40,240 nt of DNA from Chrysochromulina tobinii (Eukaryota): positions 1 to 40,240 of the forward strand of contig JWZX01002699.1 in the NCBI GenBank assembly GCA_001275005.1, written 5' to 3'. Positions within the stretch are counted from its first letter, which is position 1. Each line of letters opens with the position of its first letter. Made by a program: the position numbers and the translations under genes. Positions 19,945 to 31,186 of the stretch are shown piece by piece. The notes beneath the pieces were generated by a model that did no database searches, was not told the DNA's origin, and worked only from the letters and a program-made list of their open reading frames with translations.

Positions 19945-20626
19945 TCAACAGTGGTGCGACGCGGCGTACATGGCGCCCGAGACGAGCAGGTGCAAGCAGA
20001 CCATGTAGCCGAAGAGGAAGAGTCGCGCGTGCCGATTGGCCAGGAAGAACTGTGAAAAGTTGAGCATGAGCTTCTCGGGCGCGGGCAGCTCGGCATAGCG
20101 CTGCTGCCGCTCGCGCTGGTGGAACGCGGCGAACGGGTTCACCTTCTCTTCGTACATCTTTTGGTACCGGCCCTCGGTAGCCTGCTCCTCAATCGAATTC
20201 CGACCGATTGGGGTGGCAGCCAAGCTGTCCCTCGAGTGACCGGCTGCGGCGACCGTCGACTGCAGGAACTTGACCTTCTCGTACAGCTTGAGGTTGTCCG
20301 CCTGCAGCCGGCGCGCCTCAGCCTGGTGCCCGTGCGAGATTGCGGCGAGCTTCGCCATCTCGACCTCGAGATCTTGCACCTGGCGCCGAGCTCGCTCCCG
20401 CTGACCACACACAAGCTTGAAGGCGTCGTCCGCGCTCGACGAGGCGATCGGCTCAAGCCCGAAGGCACCCGCGCCCGCGGCGGCGCTCGTGCCGCCCCCG
20501 GGCGTCGTCCCGGGCGTCACGGGCGTCGCGGGAGCCATCGCAGACACTCTGTACCGGTCGCTGCCGCCGTCGACGCCGTACCGGTACGACGCGTCGCTGC
20601 CGCTTAGCAGCACTGCTGACAGCGCC

Positions 20627-20670
<44 letters not shown>

Positions 20671-22379
20671 CGGGACGGCGCCCATCGCGGTGCTGTTGCC
20701 GCTCGCCATGCTGGTGCAGCTACTCCGATGCTGCTGCACCCACCGATCCTCGAGCTCCGCGAGCCTGGCGGCTTGCTGGCGCAGCAGCTCGGCTTGCTTC
20801 GCTTCGGTCAGCCGAGCCCGGTGAAGCTCAGCCTCCACATCAGCGAGCTGCGACCGGTGGAGGGAGAGCTCCGCCTGCAGCCGCTGCGCATTGGGCCGCG
20901 TGCCAGCGCGTTCATCGAGCGTGCGCCCTCGCCCGCACCGCCCACGGCCGCCGCCGTGGCATCGTCGCGGTTCGTGACGCCCGCTGCCGCAAGGAGCTCC
21001 GCCGCCGTAGCCGTACTGAGCGCCGCCGCCGCCGCACCCGGCGCGCCGACGCTCGAGTCGGCGCCGTACTGAGCGCCCGCCGCGAGCTGCTGCTGCTGCG
21101 CCCGCAGCGCCGTACTGAGCGCCTCGCTCGCCACCTGATTCGCCTCCTGCGCCGCGCGCTGCTCAGCCTCGTGCGCCGCACGCTGTGCCGCGTCGCACTG
21201 CGCCTCGAGGCGCGCGAGCACGCCTCATCAGTGGTCATAAAGGGCAATCAATGGCAATCAATGGCAATCAAGGGTTCTCAAGGGAGATCGCACCTGCGCC
21301 TCGAGGCTCGCGACCTTGGCCTCGAGGGCGCGCCGTGCTGAGCGCTCGCGCTGTAGGTCCTCCTCCAAAGTCGCGAGGTGGCGCTCGGCGGCGGAGAGCT
21401 GTGCCGACGTCTTGGCCAGCTGGAGCTCCTTGTGCGACAGCTGCCCTTCGAGGCGTCCCACAGCCGCTTGCGCCGCTGCCATGTCCGCCGCCGCCCTCTC
21501 TGCAGCCGCCACCGCGGCGGCGCCACTAGGGGAGGCATGGCTGGCGCGGAGCTGCTCCTCGAGGGCGGCGCGCTGCTTCTCGGTGGCGAGCTGCGTCGCC
21601 GTCGCGCGCTCGAGCTCCACGCGCAGCACCTCCATCTCGGCCCCCGCGGCCTCCTGCACCTGCTCGAAGCTCGAGCGCATCTCGAACAGAGCTTCCTGCG
21701 CTTGCTGGTGCGAGCGTGCCGCCTCGCGCGCCTCATCCTGCGCGCGGAGCAGCTTGGCGGCATTCGCCTGCTCGCGCTCGCGGTACTGCTCCGCCGCCGC
21801 GCTCGCCTGCTCTTTCCACGCCGCCTCGCGTGCCGCGAGGGCGGCCTCGAGCGCCTCGCTCGCCACGGTCTCGCTCTTGCTGTCCACCTCGCGCAGCTGC
21901 CGCTCGAGCCGCCGAATGGTCGCCTCTTGGTTCTTGAGCGAGGTGAACTCGCGGTCGTAGTCGGCGATCTGCTGGCGCAGGCCCTCCACCTCGACCGCCT
22001 CCGCCGCCAGCCGGCGTACCTCGCTGCTCACCTCTCGCAGCAGCGGCACCGGGTCCGGAGCGTCGTCGAGCGAGCGGTAGAGCGAGAGGAAGGCGGTCTC
22101 CGCCGAGCTCTGACGCCGGGTGAGCGCATCCACTTCCGCCTGGAAGGCGCGGATCACGGAGCCAATCTGCGCAGGGCGCTCCTCCGCCGCGACCGCGCGG
22201 AACTGGCGGATGACCTCCTTGAGAGCATCGCGGCCCTCGGCCGAACGCTCCTGGTTGTCGGCGATCTCGAGGCCCTGCTGGTCGAGGGCAATGTGGCGCT
22301 CCGCGGAGAGGTCCGCGCGCGTCCACACCGCGATTGCCGCCTCCAGCTTGGCGACGACGGGAGGCGGTGCCGTCTTCAT
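19945..22379 (-). CDS. CASP: Golgi protein CASP (CUX1/COY1-type golgin); one intron and an apparent frameshift at about 20890-20925
   Basis: N-terminal FQAEVDALTRR..AETAFLSLYRSLDDAPDPVPLL. C-terminal GQRERAR, LQADNLKLYEKVKFLQS and YEEKVNPFAAF, plus a transmembrane segment RLFLFGYMVCLHLLV with the conserved Tyr and His. Confidence 0.88.
21198..21293 (-). other. Repeat-built intron in CASP (96 nt, phase 0)
   Basis: CAG|GTGCGA donor with TTGATTGCCA decamers. The 3' end TCGCGcGCCTCGAGGCGCAG copies the upstream exon end TCGCGaGCCTCGAGGCGCAG. Removal deletes in-frame stops. Confidence 0.85.
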
Positions 22380-22495
22380 GACCAGGAACTTGAAGTGCCC
22401 ACTACAGCGTGTCGAATTTCCTGACGAAATCGTGCACATGCAACATGTTCCGAAGCGGTTGAGAACCCTGTTCACGCTCGACACTCGCACGACCA

Positions 22496-23150
22496 ATGGC
22501 GAAGAAGGGCAAGAAGAGGCGCGCGACCATTGATGGCCTGGAGGAGAGCGACGACGAGGGCTCGCCGGCGCCGCAGCAACAGCGTCGCGGCCCACCTGTA
22601 GCGGAAACATCCGGGTGGCTCCGCGGCACCGTGCCGAACGACGAGTGGCAGACCACGCGCCGCACTTGGGAGGCAGTGGCGCCCCACTTTGACAAGTGGC
22701 GTGGCCAGCGCGTGTGGATGCCATTCTACTATGACGGCGCGTGCGCGGAGCCATCTGCGTGCCTTGGGCTTTGCGAACGTGGTGCACGATGATCAGGACT
22801 TTTTCGTGCGCGTGCGCGACAAGAAGTTTATGGCGTCGATCGACTTGATCTGGGACAACCCACCGTACACAACGCCCGACATGAAGGAGCGTGTGCTGCG
22901 CGCGCTCGCCGCAAGTGGGAAGCCATTCGCCATGCTGCTGCCGATCTCGATTCTCCACGTCGCCTTCGTTCGTGACGTCGTCGACATGGCGCACGTACAG
23001 GCCATCGTGCCTCGGCGGGCTTGGGTGAAGAAGCGAGGCACGGAGGACAAGGAGCTGCCATTCAAGTACCTGTGCTGGTTCTGCTTCAAGGCCAAGCTCG
23101 CACGTGACCTACTCTTTGCCGAGGACGAGGACGGCGCCGATGGCGATTGA
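22496..23150 (+). CDS. Putative N6-adenine (amino) methyltransferase, phage/giant-virus Dam-like type; +1 frameshift at about 22751
   Basis: Removing one C from GAGCCATCTG joins ORFs 22496-22792 and 22689-23150 into NDEWQT...VWMPFYYDGACAEHLRALGF..VVHDDQDFF...IWDNPPY...KERVLRAL...KPFAMLLP...QAIVPRR. NPPY is motif IV of amino-methyltransferases. Confidence 0.7.
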
Positions 23151-23681
23151 TGCATGGAGAGCGTTGACGAACCCTGAGGTTTAAGGGTAGGGCGAAAGTG
23201 GAGCGACGGATCGCAGTTATAGCTAGTTATACACTCCGTTTGAAATACACAATGTAACAATCTCGTGGGAGTGAGACGGTCCCTCGCGCCTCGCACGGTG
23301 TGCCGCGTGCTGCCGCGCGCTCGGAGTCCACTCTCCACAGAGCCTCTAACAGTAACACAGCGTCAGAGCCGGTCAGGGCGCTCAGGTGCGGACGACCGCG
23401 AGGCTCGAGCCTCGAGGGAGTCGATCCGCCGTTCGCGCGTGCGGCGGATTCGTCAATGGGCTCAATGCCTTCAGAGGCACACAGGCTGCATCGATGCCTG
23501 AAAACTCTAAACTCTAAACTCACAGTCTAAGCTAAGTGCTGCACACAAACGAAAGGGAACCTAGTGTTCCCGTGGGTCCGATTCATGTCCAGTCGATTGT
23601 GTACAGGGGCTCGCACCCGGACGCCACGCCACGCCAGGAACTGGCGGACCAGATGGCCCAGGTAGTTGCAAAGAATGCGGA

Positions 23682-24629
23682 TCACCACGCCAGGCACTGG
23701 CAGACCGGATGACCCAGGTAGTTGCAATGGGAAGTCCATCCCATGGCGACTGCGACGCTGAGCGAGCAGTCCTCATCCTCGCCGCCGCCGTTGCACACGA
23801 TGACATCTTCGCTTGCGTGGTCATACCAAATCTCGCGTGCAAAGTGTGCGAAGCCCACCTCTTGCGGGGGCAGGTGAGGCACCGGATCATTCCAGTGAGT
23901 GACGCGCAGCCAGCCAGGGAAGTAGGCGCCATGCCAGCGGGCAAAGGCCGCGTCGCCCGTCCGGGGCTGTCCGAAGGTGTACACGTACGGCTCGAGCGGC
24001 AAGTTGCGCACGAGCCGCAAGCTCACCGCCGCGTGCGCCGCCATGGCCGCCCCGAGGGAGTGCCCAGTGAGCGCAATGGTCCGATTTGGATAGAGCTCGA
24101 GCAGAGCGAAGATCGACGCTTCGACCCCCGGCTGCAGGCTCCAGTAGGCGTCGAGGAATCCCTTGTGAACGTAGCATTCGTCGCAACCGAGCTCCGCGTA
24201 CGCTTGCGTCTTCAACACGTCCAAGTTGGTCACCCAATCCTGCACCGACAGGGATCCTCGAAAGACGGCCACGATCTGGTCCAGCTCAGCATCGTAGCCG
24301 ACGTAGGCCGAATGCCCATCGTTGTCGGTCACGTTGATGCCGTGGAGGCTCACATTCGCCGAGCACGCGGTGCAATTCCACGCACGCACCGGCCCGGCGT
24401 CGCACTGGCTCGCGGCGTTCAAGGCGAGCATTCGGAGTGCGAGATTATCGTTGTAGCCCACAGACTCCCGGGTCGGCTGCTCCTTGCACCCGCACGCGCC
24501 CTCCAGGGAGTTGCGGCATCCGGCGGTGCATGCACTGGTATTGCAGCAATGCGATTCGAAGTTGGAGTTGCAGCAATACTGCCCGTGGCCGCGAGTCCCG
24601 CATGGCTCATCGGCAAACCAATTGTGGCA

Positions 24630-24679
<50 letters not shown>

Positions 24680-24854
24680 GCTTTCCGCCCTTGGGGACGG
24701 TGCAGCAGCCGTCGGGATTGCCCGAGAAGGGCGAGCAGACGCAGTCGTCCAGATCCTCAACCCTTGGCTCTTCGGCCACATCCTCGACTATCGGCCGCAA
24801 GAGCGTGAGCGATGACACGAGCGGTGCCAACGCAAGGTAAAGCGCACACCTCAT
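23682..24854 (-). CDS. Secreted class-3 lipase with a Cys-rich/poly-Thr N-terminal region
   Basis: Signal peptide, then VAVFRGS..DWVTN, VHKGFLDAY, TGHSLGAA (nucleophile), YTFGQPRTGD, RVTHWNDPVPHLPP and a C-terminal His (SHCNY). Confidence 0.92.
24631..24678. repeat. (GTC)16 microsatellite encoding the poly-Thr linker of the lipase
   Basis: Perfect trinucleotide run. Confidence 0.95.
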
Positions 24855-24993
24855 TCTTTGACCTTCTTGAGATGGGCTCGCGTTCTCCTCACCGGGTCAG
24901 TCGAGAAGAACTTGTCATCACAAAAAGTGCCGAAACTCAAGGTACTTGAGATGGCTCTCTGTGAAGTACATGCGCTCTTGAACGACATGCGCG

Positions 24994-25950
24994 ATGCGGC
25001 ATCAAAAACCTTGTACCGGTAGATCTGGGGCAGAGATTTTTCGCGCACGAGCACAGACAAGTGACAGTCGGACCGACGCGACCGGCTTACAGAAAGCTTG
25101 GGTAGCCTGTCGCGCCATGTGGAACGTGGACCTCCACAACGGGCGAGAGCAGCTCGACCTGATGCGCTCGCCAATCGATGAGTGCGGCCGACGCGGCCCG
25201 TTGCTGACGTCGTGCATGCCACAGCAATGGAAGGGCACTTCTCACGAGCCGCCAGCAGACTTTCTGGCCGCGTGCGTGCACATTGTGCATTATCTGAGCT
25301 GCTCGCCCAGCTCAATGGCCGGTCTTTCTTGGATGACGCAACGCCATCTCGCGGTGCCCTCTCGCACCTACGCGCACACATTCATTCGATTGGATGCCGA
25401 TCCAAGCAAACTAGAACAGGTCCCGGCCGGATGGTGTGAGCTTATTCCGCGCGGCGCTGGCGAGCCCTACATTGACGCCATGGTGCTCGTCGACCGTGGC
25501 GCAGAACTGGTGATGGCCACACCCGTTGGTGCCACGATGTTTGGGCACCCGTTCGTCGGTCCTCATGTCCGAGGGTACTCATTCCGGCGCGCGCGCCTCA
25601 TCGTCACGCGTGATCAGCTCTTCGCCCAGGGGGGCATGCGTCCCGCAAGCGACATCGAGTTTTGCGATGATATGGAATTTGTCCACGTCGCACCTACAGC
25701 TCCTCCTCCCGTTGCCCTCGCTCCTCAACGAGCGGTGTCATCGAGAGACGAGCGACCATCTGGATCCATGCCGGTATCTGCTGGCACGAGCAGGTCAGGC
25801 GGCGCGGGTCCATCTGAAGCTGGGCCGGCTTGCGGTTCTCCCTCGTGGACCAAGCGCCGTTCGGGGGGGCAGGGCGGTGGTCAGGGCAGCAAGGCGCCTG
25901 CAGCCTGGGCGCCTGCGAAGCCTCTGTTCAAGAACAAGATAGTGCTGTGA
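24994..25950 (+). CDS. Hypothetical protein (start uncertain)
   Basis: 318-aa ORF with a globular-looking middle and a low-complexity tail, divergent from the lipase. No family recognised. Confidence 0.5.
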   Translation: MRHQKPCTGRSGAEIFRARAQTSDSRTDATGLQKAWVACRAMWNVDLHNGREQLDLMRSPIDECGRRGPLLTSCMPQQWKGTSHEPPADFLAACVHIVHYLSCSPSSMAGLSWMTQRHLAVPSRTYAHTFIRLDADPSKLEQVPAGWCELIPRGAGEPYIDAMVLVDRGAELVMATPVGATMFGHPFVGPHVRGYSFRRARLIVTRDQLFAQGGMRPASDIEFCDDMEFVHVAPTAPPPVALAPQRAVSSRDERPSGSMPVSAGTSRSGGAGPSEAGPACGSPSWTKRRSGGQGGGQGSKAPAAWAPAKPLFKNKIVL

Positions 25951-26264
25951 CCTCGCTGTTAGTGCGCGACCCCCCCCCCCCACCGCGCCACGGGCCGGCG
26001 TTGTCTGTTGACTATAGGACACGCCGGGACACGCGGGAGTGCCGCCTCTCGGAGCGGCCAGTGTACTCTCACTCTGGACAATGCTCAGTGGACCAGACGA
26101 GACAGGACTCAGGTCACAGGGATTTCGGCCGCGATCGAAAATGAATCGCACGGGTTGCGATTGCGGGGAGCCGGGAGGAGCAGGAGACGAGACAAATGAA
26201 CAGAGATGAGTTCGGCGATGCCGATTGTCGTGGACGGGACGTCGCACGTTACAGGCGCTAACTC

Positions 26265-26430
26265 CGGCAAGCGAAAGCGCGTAAGACAGTGCAAAGTCTC
26301 ATTGTTACAATGATTCAATCCGTTCGTAATGTCGGTTTTCGAGGTCCTCGGCAAGCGAAAGCGCGTAAGACAGTGCAAAGTCTCATTGTTACAATGATTC
26401 AATCCGTTCGTAATTTCGGTTTTCGAGGTC
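26265..26430. repeat. Near-perfect tandem duplication (82 nt x2, period 84)
   Basis: 26265-26346 and 26349-26430 differ at one base. Each copy contains the palindrome CATTGTtACAATG. Confidence 0.92.
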
Positions 26431-26763
26431 GTGGACGGTCGTAAGTCTACGACGAGTCTAGCGGTGTCGTGATGTGAGATGTCCGGTCAGCGGTCTCATA
26501 CCGAGTGCAACGCAACGAGACGCTTACGCGAACGGTCGAGTACTCCAGCGCCGGCGGGGCGCGTGACTCGATGTACCTCACCACCGAGCCGAACTACAAG
26601 AAGTGAAAATTAGCGCCAATGCACCACGGCACAAGGCCCAGTGTCACGCCCTCCGCGACTGAAAGCGTCGTCACGAGCAAGTCAACCGCGATGCGCGTTA
26701 AACATGCCCGTCAAACCGTCTGAGAGCATATCAGCATCTGCTACATTCCCCATAAAGCCACAT

Positions 26764-27502
26764 TCACTTCCCCACCTGCTTTGCGAACTCGTCGTAGTGC
26801 GGATTGGCCAGCCCCTTGGCCTCTTCGGCGAGGGCCGCGGCTTCCCACTCCAACATTCCAGGGTCTGCGAGCATCGCCTCGAAATAGGCAACAGCGAGCG
26901 GGTCCGACAGAACGATGCCATAACTACAGAAGCGCCACACCACGGGTGAAAAGAAGGCATCCGCGGCACTAAAGCGTCCGAAGAGGTACGGCCCGGCCTC
27001 CATGCCTGTGGCCTGGCACCCAAAGTCTCGGCGCGCCGTCGCCCAGATGTCTTCGATGCGCCGGATGTTGGACACTACGTCTTCGGCCAATCTCGCGGTG
27101 ACGGTGACGTCGGGGACGGAGCGGTGCTTGATGTTCATCGGGCACGCGGCACGCAGTGGCCCGAAGCCCGAGTGCATCTCGGCGGCGAGACAGCGCGCAC
27201 GGGCGCGCGCGGCGCGGTCCAACGGCCAGATGCCTGCCGAGGGGAAGAGCTCATGAGCATATTCGACGATCGCGAGCGAATCCCACACGGTGAGCTTCGC
27301 GTGGACATCGTTCAGGACGGGGACGAGGCCCGAGGGCGAGTAGCCGCCATGGACGGCGAAGTTGACGCCCTTGCCGAAGACTTGGACGACGCGCGTCGTG
27401 AACGGGATGCCGCCATTGCGCAGAGCGATCCAAGGGCGCAAAGACCACGAGGAATAGTTTTGTGATCCGACGATGAGCTCCAGAGAGGGCGTCATCGAAG
27501 GC

Positions 27503-27533
<31 letters not shown>

Positions 27534-28536
27534 GCGTCGCCTCGGCTGGAGAGGGTGGCGACGCTGCTCCCACTGGCGCTGGAGCCTCCTCAAACACCGC
27601 CACGTGCGCCGATGCGTCGCCTTCGCGCACAAAGCCCCGAAACATGCCCTTTGTATTGAAGGGCATGGCGAGGTTGCCGCTGGCGTCTACGGCGATCACG
27701 CCGCCGTCGCCTGGCGCGAGTGCGCGATGCACGAGCTCATCGCACGCCGCGTCGAGTGAGACGCCCATGGCGACGCGCGTCCCGATGGCGCCGCACACGG
27801 CATGACGCAGGAACTGCTCTCCGCGGCCGGTGCCCGAGACCGCGCAGAACGCGCTCGCGTGCGTCCCCGCGCCGATGACTGGGCTGTCGCCGATGCGGCC
27901 CACCATCTTGTTGGTCATGCCGCCCGTCGAGGTGGCCGCCGCGAGGTGTCCGTGCGAGTCGACGGCAACCGCACCCACCGTCCCGGTCCGCAGCGGAGGT
28001 TCGCCTGTCGGAGGTGGCTCACAGTCAGTTCCTCGACTGCCGCTCCCGTGATCTTGGCTCACCACGTCCTCACGTTTGGCGTCTGCGAGCTGCTGGAGAC
28101 GCTCGGCGGTGTCAAACCAACCCGCGGGCTGCTGTTCAAGCCCCTGCTGCGCGAGCCACGCGTCGCAGTCGGCCAGAGCCACGTGCCGCGTGCGGTCCAT
28201 GACCGCACGGGCACCTTTGATTGGGTGTCGTGTCGTGCGCAAGCCGAGGACGGCGCCGGCGGCGCATGTGCGGCCATCTTGCATCGATGCCTCCATGCGG
28301 TGCGTCCCGTCCTCGCAAAACACGGAGCCGCGGCCCGCGTTGAACAGCTCGCAGTCTTCGAGCACGCACACAGCCGCCTCCACCGCGTCGAGGGCGGCAC
28401 CACCGCTCGCGAGAATCGCGCGACCAGCTTCGAGCGCGGCAGCTAGTGCAGCGGTGTAAGCATGAACGCCGTGGCGCTCGACTGCACTCGAGATGACGCC
28501 CGCGCCGCCGTGGACTGCGATCGTGAAGGGGGGCAT
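26764..28536 (-). CDS. Fusion of isoaspartyl peptidase/L-asparaginase (Ntn hydrolase) and glutathione S-transferase
   Basis: Single frame from ATG 28536. Asparaginase motifs IAVHGGAG, LEDCELFNAGRGS, G|TVGAVAVD, AATSTGG, GRIGDSPVIGAG, SGTGRGE, MPFNTKGMFRG. Pro-rich linker. GST motifs GSQNYSSWSLRPW, SPSGLVPVL, VWDSLAIVEY, AEMHSGF, YLFGRFSAADAFFSPV. Confidence 0.92.
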
Positions 28537-28877
28537 TATTGCGCCGACCCTCTGTGCGATGGCGATGCCGAAGGCCAGCTGTGAGAAAAGCTCTCCTCCC
28601 CGTTTCCCCACAATGGTGCCGGCCCGGCTTGGGCGCCGGACACTCGCGTGGGAGCCCCCATTCACGATGAGAAAGGAGGGGCTGCGATGAAAGCGGCGCG
28701 GTAAGACGTAAGAGCGATGGTTCGCGACGAAATTGTATGACAGACACCCTGCCTGAGACAACACATTCCTAGTCGTGCTCCCCAGGCCTTTACGTTTCCC
28801 CACAGAGCGGGGGAGTTGCGTGGATTGGGAGATGCCCCTTGATTAGGGAAGTAATTGCGCCTTTTCTACCGGCCCAC

Positions 28878-31186
28878 ATGCAGGTATTCGTCGACGACGC
28901 AGCAGCGCCACCTCGCACACATGCATCGAGCTCTCGCAAAGTTCTCAAAACGCTCGCACCCAACGTGCAAGGGCAACAACAAGCTGCCTCCAAGGCCTCT
29001 CCCGCGGAGTCGGCGACGGCAGCGGCTGTGAGCGACGAGCTCTTCGAGAACCGCGCGTTGCTTCATCGCGTGCTGCGGGAAAAGCAGCAGCTGCTCGCGC
29101 GCTGCACGCAGCAGGAGGTCGCTCTGCGCGCCGCAGCTGCCCGCGAGAGTGCGCTCACGGCAGAGCTGGCCGAAATGGAGAGCACCATTGCTGGCCTCGC
29201 GGCGGCGAATGCGGCTAACACGCGGCGGCCCGTCAATCATCTTGCCATGGCAGCGGCTCCCACCAAGCAGGACGAGGCTCCGGCGCCGGCTGCCCTTCAC
29301 CCTCCATCGCCACTGCCGGTGGAGACGCTCGCCGCTGCTGCCCACGCTGCGGCTGCCCACGCCGTGGCCGCACGTGAGGCACAGGCACAGGAGGCGATCG
29401 AGCGCCAGGCACGGGAGGCGGTCGAGCGCGCTCTGCTCGCCCGAAGCCGCGAGTGTGAGGAGCTTGAGCTGCGCGCGCGCTTCAAGGAGGCACAGTTAGA
29501 GCACCAGCTCTCCCAAGTCGCCAGGCGCGAGAAGGAGCTCTCCTCGTACTGTCGGCAAGCGGCTCAGCAGCCGCAGCATCCGCCGCTGATGCTGTCGCCC
29601 GCCGCGATGTCGCCTAGCCTTTCGGAGCCAGTCGATATGATTGCCGCAGCGATCGCCACCGCAGCTGCGGCCTTTCTCAGCGCAGCTCCGCCGCCACCGT
29701 CAGACGCGATGCCAGAAGCGGCGGCCGCGCCAGCGCCGCTACCGCTACCGCCGCCGCCGCCGCCGCCGCCACATGCGAGCAGCCTTGCCGTGCACCGACC
29801 AGGCGCCGTGCCGAGCATCCCCGCGTGGCGGCAGGGGCAGCGGAGGGCGAGCGCGCCTGCCGCGATGAGCTCGGGCTCATCTGGCACGCGCGCCCTCGCG
29901 AGCCCGAACCGTCAAGCCTCGATCTCGGCGATGAGCTCGGGCTCATCTGGTCGCATGCCTCCCTCGGGCTCATGCTGGTCGCATGCTTCATCCATCGACT
30001 CGCTACCGCCCTCCCTCTCCGCGGGTTCGCATCCCTCTTCGCGCCCATCCTCGCACCCCTCCTCAAGGACCACTTCGCCCTCGCGCCCAGCCACCACACG
30101 CCCAGGCTCTCTCCCGTGCTCGCGCGCGCCGTCGCCCGGCGCCTCGCGCCTACCGTCGCCCATGCACTCGGCGCGCCTGCCCTCGCCTGCCCGCCCGGCC
30201 TCGCCCGCAGGCACGGGCCTGAGCATGGGCCTGTGCAGCGCCGTCGTGGGCCCCACCACCTCCGCCTCGTCGCTCCGATCGGACTTGCGCCGACTGCAGC
30301 TGCTCGAGCGCGAAGCAGCCAGGCAGCAGTGGCTGCCGCCGCCGCGGCGCGAAGGCCGTGCGTGTGTGTCGACTACCGCGAGCACCGCCGTACCGAGCGC
30401 CGTACCGAGCGCCGTACCGAGCGCCGTACCGAGCGCCCCGCTGCTCGCTCACCCGCACGCGCGCCGCGGTCTGAACGCCAGCCTCCACGCTTCCTCCCAG
30501 AGCGCCGGCCCGAGCCGCCGGCCCGAGCGCCGGCCCGAGCGCCGGCCCGAGCGCCGGCCCGAGCGCCGGCCCGAGCGTCGTCCATGTTCCCAACAGCCGC
30601 AGCCCGTCGGTCGAGTCCGAGTCCCCGCGCCCGCCCACTCACCTCTCGTGAGCTTCAAGTCCCCGCGCCTTTCGACCTTCATGCGGAGGCGCGCCATCCC
30701 GAGCGCGTCGTCCCGAGCGACCACGTACCACCACGACCGGCGGCGACAGCGTCGGCGGCGGAGGAGGCGGGGATTCTGGACACGCCAAGCTCGGCAGCGG
30801 CCCTCGCCAAGATCCCGAGTGACGTGCTGGCGATGGTGGCTCGTGCCGTGGGCCACCAACTCGAAAAGGAGGAGGCCGATGTGTTGGCGATCGTGGCACG
30901 GGTGGTGGGTCAACAGATTGGCGTCGAGAAGCACGCTGGCCATCAGATGGACCTCGAGAAGCACGCTGGCCATCTCGAACGAGAGGCCGAAGCAGAGGCC
31001 ATGGCAGCGGCCGACGTGGCGGCGGAAGAGGCGGCGGACGCGGCGGCGGCGGCGGTGGCCGGCGAGCGGGCGGTGGCGCCGGCTGCTCCAGACAAGATGA
31101 AACCACCACCACCACCCGTCGCCCTCGACTACGCGCGTGCTCAGCCCGTGCCTCCCGCCTGGCGGAGCTCAAGGCAAGCACGCTGA
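28878..31186 (+). CDS. Hypothetical coiled-coil plus Pro/Ser-rich protein; apparent frameshifts near 30516 and about 30630; 3' end uncertain
   Basis: Coiled-coil N-terminus from ATG 28878. Coding-like composition moves to the frame of ORF 29825-31186 after the 12-nt repeat block. Confidence 0.6.
30381..30577 (+). repeat. 12-nt coding minisatellites (CCGAGCGCCGTA)n and (CCGAGCGCCGGC)n encoding PSAV/PSAG
   Basis: Tandem dodecamers at about 30385-30437 and 30500-30577. Confidence 0.85.

Noticed and set aside
19824..20096. N-terminal extension of ORF 19338-20096
   Set aside because: It overlaps the CASP C-terminus in another frame. The real start is the signal-peptide Met at 19823.
9521..28536. 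Possible sulfur/glutathione gene cluster (CBS plus asparaginase-GST)
   Set aside because: The genes are about 14.5 kb apart and separated by many unrelated genes, so co-location is likely chance.
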